From positions 1 through 64,000 of the forward strand of contig DF237269.1 of the NCBI GenBank assembly GCA_000708835.1: 64,000 nt of DNA, in the 5' to 3' direction. Shown piece by piece: positions 23,433 to 49,341 of this stretch. Origin of the DNA: Klebsormidium nitens. Lineage: Eukaryota; Plantae; Klebsormidiophyceae. The notes beneath the pieces were generated by a model. That model did not search any database. It saw only the letters and a list, made by a program, of their open reading frames with translations, and was not told the origin of the DNA. Position 1 is the stretch's first letter; each line of letters begins with the position of its first letter. The position numbers and the translations under genes were made by a program.

Positions 23433-26400
23433 ATGGCGGAGGCAAATGCACCCCCCGTTGGTGCCGACTATCTTCCCCTCCCCGCTACCTTCGACCCCAG
23501 TCGCCGCTCGCAGGGGCACACCAAAGCGCACCGGTCCGTCATTGTGTTCCTGGCTGTCTCTCTCATCGCCCTCGCAGGCACGTGTATGTACCTTGACATC
23601 TCTCTGGAGCAAGTGACGGCTCAGCTGAAGGCAGCCTCAATGCAGCTTTCTGCTGCGAACAAGCCGGGCTCAAAGCACACCGACGCCTGCATGGCACGTG
23701 CGCACGATCCCCAGTGCATCAAGACCCCTGCTGAGTACGTCAAGATTCTGATGGAGAGGTCCAAGAGTCATGTGGCCCTCAACAGGACTGCCTGTGTGGC
23801 CGATAACATGCTGGTAAGTTCCTTACTCTACAACCTACTGGCTTCCTGAGTTGTAACTTCATTCGACACAATCAGTGAACTGTCCCCCTATGCACCCTCA
23901 ATCTGGCAACCGCCAAGAATCAACAGCGCCCTTGCAGATTTTCTCTACTTTCGTAAGTTTGGTTCAGCAAAATGACACCCCAATGATGGTGCTGAAGTTG
24001 CATCAATGGTGGACACCTAAGTGCACCCGAATTCATGCTCAGCAGACTGTTGCTTTGCATTGGGCAGGTTGTTAGAAGTCAGACTTGAGGACTCTGAGAA
24101 TATCTGGCTGCTTCCTGGGTTATTCAATGCAGCCACTCATCCAATGGCATCGTCAGCTCTTTCGTGTTGCTTCTGTTCAGGGGAGAATGTACACTGGGGC
24201 GTTCCAGAGTGATGACTGGCAGCTGGACCCTGGTGAGAAAAGGCCCTGTCTTTGCATCACAGAAGTTGGACACTGGTGCAACTTCAATAGTTGCAGTGCA
24301 ATTGTCAATTGAAGGTCAGAACCAGGCAGGTTCTGGAAGTCAATCTGTATTGTCGCTAGGCTTCCAGCAACTCAAACGGACATGAATTCATTTCAAGAGT
24401 GGGACTGTCTGTCCTGTCAGACGTCTGCAAACAAGCTTGCTCATTGAACCCCTCGGCGTCAGTTTTTGACCAATGCAAGATGTGCTTTTGGATTCTTGCA
24501 ACACCTTCCAGCTTGTTTAACCACTTGCAAGCTTGGTGCTTCCATATGCTAAAAAGAGGACTTTGTCTCCTCCACATCAAATGCATTGAGTGCTTTACAC
24601 GAGCAGCAAAACTCCAACACCACGAGTCTTGATTCATATCCTGTTCTCCTCAAGTGCGATTTTCTCTCCTTTGCTGCAGTTCTGTCAAACGCACCCGCCC
24701 GTCGCATCATCTTTGCCATTGGACCTCGCATGCTTGAGAAGATTCTGGTTTGGGGCCACAACGCAGCAGACAAGGCTGTCAAGTGAGGGGTCCTGGTGAA
24801 ATGATAATCCTGTCCGATTATTCTCAAGGTTATTAAGGGTGCATCAGTGGTGAAGGCACGCTTTTGCACTATCTCTAGCACTCTTCTTCGGCGGCCTTTC
24901 TGAAGCATTGCGCAGGCCTTTTCACCTTGCAATATGATGCCCTGGTGACGACGAAAGGCCAATTGATAACGATCAGTGCCAGAGACTCTTGCTACCAATT
25001 CGCAACTTTTTAAGGCTATACTTCTCAGTCCCTCTGAGCACGCCTTCCCTTTAGGAGGGACAGTTGGGTCCGGTGCTTTGTGAAGGTTGCCTGATCAGGA
25101 GAGTTCTCACCCTTGCCGCTTCATTCTTCTGACAGCATTGTCCACCTGGTACTCCAAGTCCAGGTTAATTTCTGATGCTTGCGCAAGTAGGCGCTACAGG
25201 TAGCCCCACAAGGCATGTCCTTTGGAGGCTGGCAATGAACTTGTCCCCTATCCTGTAGGAGCAAAACACTTCACTAAGCAGAAAACAGGCCTTTATCCAA
25301 TTTGATGCGAGCATGCGGTCAGCTTAAATTTAGTTGCAGCCCTTACAAGAGAATGCATTCTTCTCACTTGTTCTCACCCTCGGATTATCCAGCAGATGCC
25401 ATTCACGATAGACTGGTTGCAGTCACTGACACCATCTCTCTTTCCCTGTTCCAGCAACTAAGCAGTGGCACTCTTAGGTGCTGCGTACTAACAATCCTCT
25501 GATCATGTCCTTGGCAACTCTTTCTTCCCATCTCCCGTTCCAGTCTCTTTGGAGTGCCATTTTGTAGATTCAAATGCTTGGTGGAATGCTTATAAGTTGG
25601 CCAACTGTTCATAGACGCATTTGAAAACTCCAAGGTCTTGAAGCACCTGGTGTCTGTCTCAGGCCCTACACCCTCTTTTCTCATCGTCCCTTCTCTAAGA
25701 CGTTTCAATTTGCAGCGGTCCATGTCGTGATTCAGACCTTTTTGACTTCACTCAAAAGCGCTTCCACTCTCTTTTAGGTCACTCGGCTACGGGGATGCGT
25801 TCGTTTGCGGCGGTGCGCCAGACTACAGAGCATCCTGCCAGTACCGTCTCCTGGTCTGGACGTCAGAATGCACCGTCAAGAACGAGGGGCCGCTCGTGAG
25901 GGGCGACTGGGCCAACCTGGAGGCGTTCATGCGGGAGGACTATGGGAAGGAGCTCCCGAAGCTCACCCGTCAGATTGCGGTGAGTGGTTACGCGGCCCTT
26001 AAATGCAGAAGTAGGGATTGCCTCTCAGGCGCAGTTCTTGTGAATGGCTTGGCAAGCTGAGGCATGCGATGTTCGGAGAGGGGGGCTATTGACAAGTACG
26101 GAGCTTTCGAACCTGAAGCCGGATTTGCGGAAAACTTCAGTTCCGATCTGTTCGTCTCTGGCTTTGTCGCGGGAGAATGCTTGCGAAATGTAGAAACTAC
26201 GTTGCGGGGAATGAGTTTTTTACGTTTGTTTGGATGGCGGTCTTTCTGGATGAAAGTACAAGTCTATGCGGAATGCGTGCTGCAATGTGCATCAGCGTCC
26301 ACATTTTCTTTTGAGAGGACGGGCAAGGTCTGTGCTGCTTCTGACGCTCATAGGGTCGCCGTTCTGGTTTGCACTGATTGGAAAAGCGTGCTAAGTCTTC

Positions 26401-28555
26401 TGGCGTGCTTGGGCATTCTGGCCGACTCTTCACAGTCCCACTGGGACGTGATGGCCGGTGCTTATCTCAACTTCGCATCACTTTACTTCCGGCGTTTTGC
26501 CCTTACTTTCTTACTGGCGGCCGAGCTTTGTCCGTTGCCCACTGCACAGCAGAAACATCGAGTTCTTCTTTCCTTCCTTTGGTTCGTGCACTCTTCTCGA
26601 ATGTGAACCGTCACCAACTGTTCGTCACTCCGCAGATCGTCGCATCTGCCAAACGCCGTTGGATGCAATCAGCAGATGTTCGTAAAGTCCGACAACCGCA
26701 CTGAGTCCTTGGCTGTGGTCCCTCGGATCGAGACTTGTTGTCGTCGTATCAGATGCAACTGCAGCGCCGAGAAGGCAGGAGGCGGCATCATATCTCAGCC
26801 GACCTCGATTAACCAGATCCTAAACAACTGCGATTGATGGCCTCACTCCATTTTGACGTGCTTCTGATCGTAAACTCGGTGGGAGGCGATTTAACCGAGT
26901 CCTGACCATCCTTGGTTAAAAAACGGAAATCTTCCTGGAGTTACAGGAGCTCGAGGCGAAAACCTTCGGCGATCTGACCAAGTGCGACCCGGACGTGCTC
27001 CAAATCAAGGCTTGGAGGGAGGCTCCTTAACCAAACCTTAACCAGTGGTTAACAGCATATAATTACTTGGTTTTTACAGGAGCTCCAAGCGAAAACCTTC
27101 CGCGAGGTGACCAAGTGCGACCTCGACGTCCTGCAAGTCAAGGCCTGGGACCACCGGAGTTCCGCCCTTAAAATCCTGTGTCATCACAGCGGTCTTCCGA
27201 AGAGAAGGAGGCGCCCTAACGAGACCTTAACCAGTGTTTCAAGGTGGATCTTCCTGAATTCACAGGAGCTCGAGGCGACAACCTTCCGCGAGCTGACCAA
27301 GTGCGACCCGGACGTGCTCCAAGTTCCGCCGATTACCCTTTGTCACCACAGCGGTCTTCCGAAGAAGCAGCTTGGAGGGAGGCGCCTTGAGCAAACCCTA
27401 ACCGGTGGTCAACGGCAATATTTTTATTCTTATTTCTACAGGAGCTCGAGGCGACAACCTTCCGCGAGTTGACCAAGTGCGACCCGGACGTGCTCCAAAT
27501 CAAGGCCTGGGACCCCGCCCAGCAAGTCAAGGCGGGGTGCTCCCCCGAGTACATTGCCGCGCTTGCTAAGTTCCCGTACAAGGCCTGCAACGACTCCAGC
27601 CCCCAGGTCACCAAGTACACAAAGTGCCCGGCGGAAGAGGCGCTGCTGCACGGGGGATCCCCCCCGACCACCCTCGAGCTGCGCGCGTTCCTGCAGCAGA
27701 CGCAGGTAAGGCAATCCCGTGAGATCGAGTGCCTGAAAAGATGTGACACTATCAGGGGGTTTTGGTGCAGTGGCTCAAATATAGCCCCAACCAACAGACA
27801 TAACGCGCTCTGCAGCCAAAGCCACTTTCTACGTATCTCAAAGGCGGACCGTCGCAGGTAGGAACACGCTGGAAGACAGCATAAAAGAATCTGCGTCGAT
27901 ACCGCACGTATTTCGACGTTGCAGAACGGACGCTTCGGCCTCCCTGACTCTGTGCGATTTGCCGAGTTTGACCTAAATCGGATCTGGAACCCTGTCCTCA
28001 TGCCGCCGGAAGGCTGAAGGTTGCAGACTGAGATTCAAATGTGACGATTGGAAGGTTACGCAACAGATTCGGCAAAACATGGTATTAAGAATCTAGCAGC
28101 GGGAGGAAAGAGGATCTCCGTGATTGACCAACGTTGAAGCCCTAAGCGCAACACGACATGCTGTGAACCCACCCTAACCACCACCTTAGATTGACCCGTC
28201 CTCGTCGAGGTCCTTCTCATTTCTGGAACCTCCTTCAAAGTGAAATCTACTCTTGTCCGAAACCTTCGTGCTGAACCCTGCTCTTGCTCGAATCCTTCCT
28301 GCTGAACTCTACTCTTGTGCGAATCCTTCTGCTGAACTCTACTCTTGTGCGAATCCTTCTGCTGAATTCTACTCTTGTGCGATCCGCGTGCAGGGCTTCA
28401 TGCCCCAGTACACCGGGTACAGCTACACCGCCAACGAGTACGACGACCCGCTGAGCCAGGAGTTCTGGATCCACAACGACGAGCGCAAGCACCTGGCGAA
28501 CGGCGTCGTGACCAAGCTGTGGAACGATACGGCGGAGGTGGTGCCGCACGCATGA
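23433..28555 (+). CDS. Uncharacterised type II membrane protein with a Cys-containing C-terminal (probably luminal) domain, about 380 aa, 6 exons
   Basis: Exons 23433-23813, 24181-24232, 25396-25477, 25778-25979, 27442-27705, 28394-28555 are all GT-AG and phase-consistent, ending in TGA. One N-proximal hydrophobic helix (VIVFLAVSLIALAGTCMYL). No family recognised. Confidence 0.75.
26941..27520 (+). repeat. Four tandem copies of the exon-5 acceptor plus exon start of the membrane-protein gene
   Basis: ACAG|GAGCTC...AACCTTC...GACCAAGTGCGACC...GACGT with exon-like starts at 26947, 27080, 27266 and 27442 (the true exon). Confidence 0.93.
28226..28380 (+). repeat. 30-31 bp minisatellite, about 5 copies, abutting the last splice acceptor of the membrane-protein gene
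   Basis: Unit GAATCCTTCTGCTGAACTCTACTCTTGTGC at 28321-28350 and 28351-28380, with more diverged copies at about 28290, 28259 and 28226. The acceptor AG is at 28392-28393. Confidence 0.9.
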
Positions 28556-29625
28556 GCTCACGTCACGGATCATGCCGGGGTGACGTGGCGGGTGCGCGGA
28601 TCCAATTCGGGTCGGTGTAATCTTATTCGTTTGCCGCCCCCAAGAGAAGTCCAAGCACCAAATGTGATCCGTATTTGTAGTAGCGTTCGGAGGATCTAAT
28701 TTAAGCCCGGAGCATTAGAGACGCTCGGGATGTTACGCGTCTGTCATGGTGTGCCACCAGCTTGCTAAAAAGCTTCAAGTTAACTAACCCGTTGTTTCAG
28801 GGCCCTCCTTGTGCATCTAATGTAGACTAGTTGCAGTTTGTTTTGACGCTCTTCAGTCCATGGCAAGAAACGAAGGTATACAGGGGTTGGCGTCTCCCTA
28901 GGTTAACAAGTCGATCGGATAAGTTGGACAGCTAGATTGTTGACGCAGGTTGGTTAAGGACTGCAACACTCTTTCATGGTGATCTAGCTTGAACTTCCCT
29001 TCCGAAGGCGCCCCATCCTAAAGCGCCTCGAAACATCACATTATGACCCGCCGCTTTATGGAATGTACATCATCGAATGACGTGAGGTGCTCCAGGACCG
29101 TCTTGATTAGATATGCAATCACGTGCTGTCTGGCTCTTCCTGATAGAAACTCCAACAACGTCGATCCCAATCGAATGCATGGCTTTCGACTGGCGGCCGC
29201 ACTGCATGCAAGCCCGCTGTCATTCTTCAAGCATGCATCCGGAGCCTGGCCGGTAACTGGTTCATCATGCGTCAGTACGGCCTGAGACTTCAATCATGTA
29301 ACAAACGAAAGCTCTCCGGCCACAAGTAGCTTTATGCAACGCCGATCCGGCCATGCCTTCAAGCGCACTGATACTCAAAAGGTTGAACGTTCACGATACA
29401 GATCCAGGAGTCAGATCAATCAATAGCTTACGCGGAACACTATTGAATCGAGTACAGCTCTCGGGTCAGACTTTTTAATGTACACGAGCCGTACAGGCTC
29501 TTTATCGTAGACTTGATCAACGCACGCCTGTGAATGCGACTGGCAAACGTGTGGCCGTCAATCAACAAGGGCAAGAAGAAATAGGATAACCCTCTACTGC
29601 CGGTGTGCTCTAGAACTTTCCTCGT

Positions 29626-32600
29626 TCAAGACCCTTCACCCGTTCCCTTTCGACAGTCTGCTCGGTGCCGTTTCCAGTCTTGCTTCTGGCACGCAACGCC
29701 GCAATAAAACACACCTCGACAGCCGGAGCACCGTCTCGCGGCACTCGTGGACTTCTTGCACATCGCACAAATCTCTTCCGGATCCACTAACAAAATCGAC
29801 CGCCCTTCGCCCTCCGAATTGCGTCCCACCGGATCCCCCGACCGCACAGGAGATTCATCTGGCCACAAAACACCAAACGAGCCTCCCCCTACCCCGCCTT
29901 CCCGTAACCAGTTTTCTAAACGAGCCGCGTCCCTGGCGGCCCGACTTCCTACTCCGTACGAAGTCCACTCATTGCGCTCCCAATTGTATACGACTCCGCT
30001 TCTCCCTTTCTCTACTCGGTCGCCCAAATACTTCGGCGGCCGGCCGTCTCTTCGATACCCCCACAAAATCATTTTCAGAATGTCCAGCCGGACGGAAGCC
30101 ACGACCGGTTTCCCGGTTCCCAAGGCGGCCAACAGCGGCGGCGCGAGCGTTTCCGCGAGGTTCTGCCTGACACGTGTCGCACACCCGGCGCCCGCTGACG
30201 CCAGCACGCACAGAAAGTGGTGCAAGCGCGTGTCGAACGCGTGGTGTGGAGACCCGCGCAGAGTCACGAGCACCGGGGGCAGTTTCCGGTCAACCATCAG
30301 TTTAACTAACCCGGGGAGGTCACCCGGGGGGAGCTCGGTCCCCTCCGCGCCGTCGCCCTGACTCAATAAGCTATCGGGGTCGGTTCCCATGCCGACCAAA
30401 CTGTTCCGAAAAGCGAGGAACAGGAACTCGAGCATATCTTCCAGGCGCTCGAGCTCGGTTTCCGTACGGTCCCCGATCGGCGATCGCTGCGTGGCTTCGT
30501 TTTTGAAGGCGCGGACGAGCCCCGGGAAAAGGTGCGCCAGCAGCTGCGCGGGGGAGAGCTTGCGCCGGTGGAACGCGGCGGATATGATGGTGCGCGCGGT
30601 GAGGTAGACGTGGAAGTCAATCGCGTTGGCCATGACGTCACAGCAGGATTCGTAGACGGTGGAGGGGAGAGTGCGCGGGTGGGTCAAGGTTAGGATGTGC
30701 GCCAGTTCGACGAAGCAGGCCTGTGGGATGACAAGAAACAGAGCGCATGAGAAGACGCGACTAGAGGAATGAGATACAGCTCTTTGCATTGGGTTCTAAT
30801 CCCTCCGAGCATGGTTCCTGATCTTGAGCCGTTCGATGCCTTTCTTCTTGTCGGTCGAACGGTCCAAGATGAGGAACCAAGCTCGGAGCTGGCGGGCTTC
30901 AAGCAAGGAGCTGTACGAGACTTGACACGGCGTTGAACTCAGTCGTGGAGGGTATGCAATCCAACACAGCAACGCTTGTGATTACGCTTTACGTAAAACA
31001 AGCAATGGAACAGCCGGCCAGGATCAGCGGGAAGCGTGAAACTTTCAAGAATGAGGCTTGCGGGTTCTGAATGACCCGCACATTCAGCGAGTTGGAAAGA
31101 CCTCAATGAATCTGACCCAGATAATCGGGTATCAGTGTCCGAGACCTGCGACTCTCTTTGTAATCCTTTGATGCAAAGGGAGAGGGATTGTGCTCGACCA
31201 TGTCATTATGCTTGCTGTCGGGTTCTTGAAATCTAATTCAATTTCCCGAAAGATCGAACTGTTGTAACATTCCAAAACGTAAATGAAAGCAACGTTGAAT
31301 CCTGGAAAGTCACGTTCAAAGCAAGTTCTCCACTTGGCGTCGAGACCTCCTCAAGAGTAATAGCACTTTGACTTTGTACAAGATCGCAACGAGCAGGCCC
31401 CAGACTGTTTTCAAAATACAAGCCGAGTCGGGGAGCCCTTGAAGATTCATAATGCAAAACTTGAAAGAGCTGGACACGAGGGGACGCTTGTCCAGATCGT
31501 ATGTCTAAAAGTCAAGGGGTGATCTTTGTGAGAGCAATCACTGTATACTTAACAAGGAAGGCCAGACTTACGCAGGCGCCCCGCCAGTCTTCATTGCGGT
31601 GCTCCAAGCAGCCTCTTAGATGGAGCAGCAACTTTTCGACGTCCTTGTGATTGGCAAGCTGCAGGATCGCCCGTTTACAAACGGCCTCGCTCAGATTGCT
31701 GCGAGGAAGAAAAGCGGCTGCGTAAAAAATCTCCAGTATCCAGAAGCTTTTCCATTCCTTCGATTCGAGGGTGTGCTGGTTTCCTTTCTTCGAATGGAAT
31801 ATCCAACTGGCTTCTGAGTCTTTACTTTCAGGAGCTTCGGGTACAAGGCCACATGATGCGCGCCGATGTTCCTTTGCTCAGTCGTAGTCAGAAGATGCAT
31901 CCTTCATGTCACCAGTCTTGAATGGTTTTCGTGCGTTCTCCTGAATGGTTTGAGGTGGTTGAGAGTAGAAAGCCTTGAGAACCGTCTTCGAAAGAAAGTC
32001 GGCTGCTCATTTCATGATAAGTTCGTTGATAAGAAAGCCGGCAAATTACAACGCCCGCTCTCATGTACCGTCAAGCGGCCGAGTACAATGAGGTCGTTAA
32101 AAAGTTCTCCGTCTGTAAACCCTGGCTTTCCCAAACGTTGCTTCGTAGGCTCACCTTTCGATACGGGATGAGTACAGCCAGATCTGCTGGATGATACACA
32201 GGTACGAGCGGCCAATATGTGTTGCCATCCCCTCCCCTTGACTTTCATACAGAAGCGTTCCCCGCACCACAGCATCTAGCACTCCTGCAAACAGAGTATT
32301 GGTCCTGGATTAGTGACTATACCCGCAAATTGTCTTGCACATTTAGTGTGCGAGATGGAACGGGAAAGCATGACCTGGTGTCACGTGACTCTATTCTGAC
32401 CGTTGACAAATGATCGTTTGCTCTGTAAGTGATGGTCATGTCCCAACGCTTTCGTCACACTGTCAGCTGACAATTGAAAAAGAGCCACGTTGTTGAGAAA
32501 GCGGCTCCTCCTATCCTCACAAAGTAGAATGCGGTCAGAAATTTGATCAGCAGGGATACAGCTAAGGACCCGCAGAAGCCCTGAATGTGTTTACCGCATA

Positions 32601-33558
32601 TGGAACCTTTCCGATCAAGAAGTGGCTGGTGTCCTGTACTTAGATGACTTGAGAAATCGACCGCTCACAGACACGCAAAGGAGCCTCCTTTGGTCAACAA
32701 CTGACTGAAAGGGTACTTGTCACAATCTGATCGTCACGCTTGGAAGGAATGACCAACTAGGTCAAGAGTTACCTTACCTGGAGTGGTGACCATCTCATCC
32801 CTGTGCAGATCAAGTCTGGCGCAGATACACACCACACTTGCAGCCGACGACCAAAGCGGGACGAGCCGAAGCTGATCCTCGCGACCTGTGGACAGGTCTG
32901 CCTTTGACACCGAAATGAGTATCTGCAACAGCCCCGGCATGCACCCCTCTTTGCAGAACCACCGGTAGAACTTGGTGGCGACCTGCTTGGTTGCTGCGTC
33001 TGCTTGTGCGTCCAGCGGCAAGTGTAAAGTTGAGAGCGGCAAGGCCATGGTCGAGAAGAAGTTGACCGAAACCACAAGAGAGTTGTCGTAAATGAGCTCC
33101 CGCCAAGGCTTGTGCTGCGACCGCTTCGCGACCGCTTTGAACAGCTCTGCTGCGGGGCGCACGACGCCTAGATCCCAGGCAAGCTTTGCACCTTGCAGAT
33201 TGGGGAGCGTATGAATGAGTCTGATCAGGTTGCTGAGACTCAGGATAATCCGTACGTGGACAGGTGCATTGTTGCTGCTGTACTCATTCATGTTCATGCA
33301 AAGCTGTTTAAAGAGCCCCCTGCCGACATAACCCTGGGCTTCTCTGGGCCCTGCGTTCGACACCCGTGTCGCAAACTCTGGGCAGACTGAGAGTTCCTTC
33401 AACCGCCCTTTTCTGGTGGGAAGAGGCGCATAGCCGCAATGTCCGCGCTCTCCCGCCAGAATGCTGTCTACCCAGGCCAGTGCCCAGTCGACGTCCCCTG
33501 CAGCGATGTCTTCTAGAGAAAGCGTAGCCATCTGTCGCTCGACAGCAGCCGCCGCCAT
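29626..33558 (-). CDS. MYND-type zinc-finger protein with a long helical N-terminal region, about 710 aa
   Basis: Exons 33558-32778, 32284-32155, 31698-31572, 30720-29626 are phase-consistent (1,2,0). C-terminal zf-MYND: CAMCKKSTSAARRCSGCRGVFYCGVACQKQDWKRHRADC. The two internal exons are inferred from splice signals and open frame only. Confidence 0.78.
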
Positions 33559-33693
33559 TGCTGCCCCTGGCACGGGCCACTGGATTCAGACCTTTCTTCT
33601 TTTCTGCGCGCAAATGCCAGCTGGAAGAACCATGCAGGCGCCGGGCCGCTCCGAAAGCCCGGCCGCGGCACAAGTCCGCGGCCGCGCGTGGAA

Positions 33694-33702
33694 TTAGGGT
33701 TT
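33694..33702 (-). promoter_or_regulatory. Telo-box in the 361-bp divergent region between the MYND gene and TBCD
   Basis: TTAGGGTTT (reverse complement AAACCCTAA) lies between the starts at 33558 (-) and 33920 (+). Confidence 0.4.
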
Positions 33703-33919
33703 CCAATCCATGGCAGACAAATGCTAGCAAACGTGTTTTGAAGCTGCAGGAAAGTGAGCTGCAAACAGCTGCAAACTGGGATCTTCTTGGTCCTTCTCGC
33801 TGGCGTCTGGCAAAGTGCTGTCACTTCTTCCAGAAGTGGTCGAGCTGTCTTTTGCGATTCTTGATGCATGGGTGATCAGGGTTAAGAAACATAGACGATT
33901 GTGAGAAACGCTTGCAGAT

Positions 33920-46805
<12,886 letters not shown>

Positions 46806-49341
46806 GAAACGTTGTTGATGAAAGAGTCTTTGCGCCTGCAAATGAATCAAATTACATGCATCGAAGTGCATCTTACAGTTCATGATGTAGTACCTGCATG
46901 CGATTCTTACCACGTTGAGGTACCATGAAAGCTCCTAACAATGTTGCACTACTCTAAGGCTTGGAGTCTGTGGCGACCGCAGCATATTCCTATGGAATGA
47001 GTATCAACAAATCCAACGTGTGGAGGTCGATCACCATTGGTGATGTATAACTCATGAGAGCAAAGTTAGCAGAAATTTAGAGTACGTAGAGCATGCAGCC
47101 CATGACATTGCAATACTTTCTTAAGGAGCATGGCATGTGGTGATCTTATGAGGATTTGGCTTTAGTATTCAATGCGCATGTGGTGTGCCGCATATGAGCA
47201 GGAGGTTTCCAATGCTGCAGTGCGTTACAAGCTATCGCGCTATGGCAAGTTCTTTTCTTCTAACCATGTTTAGATAGTTGCATGCGATAACTAAGGTCGC
47301 GACGAGCCTAATGCGTTTCAAAAAGTGTAAACAGGCACTCACACCAATATGATCGTCTCACACTCGAAGGTTTTGAAGAAGCACACTTTTGCGCATTTTC
47401 TGGCATTCATGTCTGCGCGGCTGCTGTCCGATCATCTTTTACGCGCCGCGCGCATACAGTTATGGACGGTTTGGCGCGGCCCGGGACTCGAGTCTAGAGC
47501 GGCCGCGCTGACATAAGGAGCCGTCGGAAGCCGCCGGGTATACCCGAGTCGGACCGACGTGCGCCGCCGTACAAGAAGTATTTGGTACGGTAAAATCAAG
47601 ACTCGGTATGGCGGGTATCCTGATGTCTAGGTTTCTACGGCCTGGATTCGACTGCTCGACCGACGGACGGCGGGCCAGGAACAAACAATTACGGGACTCG
47701 GCGCCGGCGGACGTTTTTAAGAAAAAGTACGTTTGTGCGACAGCTTCACGCGAACGAACCACACCTGGTCCCTGCATGGGCAATACAGTAGCACTACTGT
47801 AGGCTGCACGATCACTGGTACCTACCTATCCTTTTAATCAGCTCACAACGTGGTGTTCTAAAGTGTCCTTAGTACCTAGCTTTCCATTTCCTCGGGTCCA
47901 TTTTCCGGTAAACACGCTGCCGCCAAGTTGATCATTGAACATTCGAGCCGCGGTGCTCATTCCGTTGCTGCCCCACCGCAGGCTTTCAGTTTCACGAGCA
48001 CGGACGCTCATATACCGTATATATAATTGCCGTAGTACTCATGGGCCTCATGCTGATCATACTCTCTTCTTCAAGACCACGTCAAGCTGGACAGAGGCCC
48101 TTGAAAAGCACTGAGCAATCTTTTGTGCCAAAGCACTTAGGTAGTACCAGATTCGCAGTACTGCCTTGAGCGCACACTTACAGTACCTACGATCGTGTAC
48201 TTTTAGGGATCAGCCAAAGGCGGCTCCCCTAACTTCAAAAGCTGCAAAATGCGGAGGCGCTTTCTTCAGGCGCTTTTAAGGGGACGCACCTGTTGTGAAG
48301 GCGCGCCCTCAAGCTGCTGCTCTAATGATAGAAATTCTCACAGCATTGCAGATCAGGTCGAGCCTCAAGATAATCCCGTCCTGATCAGTGCAGCTAGTAC
48401 AAGACGGTCTTGATAGACATCGCTTGGGCGACAATTAAATCATTACAAGTTCTAATCCTCTGAAAAATAATATCCTGGGCCGCCCTCAACCCAATGCCAT
48501 CAAACGCTCGTGACATGAATCCGAAACGGTCTCCCCAGATGAGCTGGCAACTCAGTACAAGCCTAAATTCTGCTCGTCAGTGCATGCAATGCCGTCGAAT
48601 GCAGTACTTTTTTGCCGACAGTTACCTTCCGTCAGGCCAGGAATGCCGCCTCCCAGTCACGCGGCACATTCAAGTCTACATGCACGAGCCCTAGCATTGG
48701 AGAAATGACGGTAGACTGTAGGTAAAGCCCAGTCACAGCCGCTTGACTGAGCCCAGGAATCGCCACTCCGTGAAAGCTGCCCGCTTTACACGCTGGGGCT
48801 GCTTTTAGGATTTCTGGCGGCAGATTCAATACAGTGGCTGACTCTCTGACTGCATTTTCTCTCGTGTTATCTGATCATCCAAAGCGAAAGGAAGATCGTC
48901 AGATGTGCAAAACGAGGAAGATCAACAGATCAGTTGTGACAGCCTAGCTTTTTGGGTCCTTCCTTGCAAGTCCTTTGCCTTTTGAAGGGGGGAAGGACTC
49001 CGAATCCCGGCAATATTAGGGGAGTTATCAGCCTGAGATAGATCTGTTGAGATCACAACATTGCAAGGGGGGAAAAGGACGCAGAAAGAAACAAGATAAG
49101 GAGAGGGTTGGGCTGAGACCCATTTTGCATAGGGCTTTCAGAAGGGAAAGAGCAGCAGAGGGCTACGACAGGGCAGCATTGGCAGGGAGCCTTTGCAAGC
49201 CGCATCTGGTTCTCATTTTCTGCATGAACAACGTGAGGCCTGGATTACAAGCAAGCAAAGCAGCATCAGCATCGGCAGGGTTTCTCTGTGAGGAAACTTT
49301 CTGGGGGGCCCTGTAAAGGGATCCGCTGCCCTCTTGCAACC

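Noticed and set aside
24549-24998. 149-aa antisense ORF in intron 2 of the membrane-protein gene (possible nested gene or TE)
   Set aside because: No transposase, RT or other motif is recognisable and neighbouring frames contain stops, so it cannot be supported without a search.
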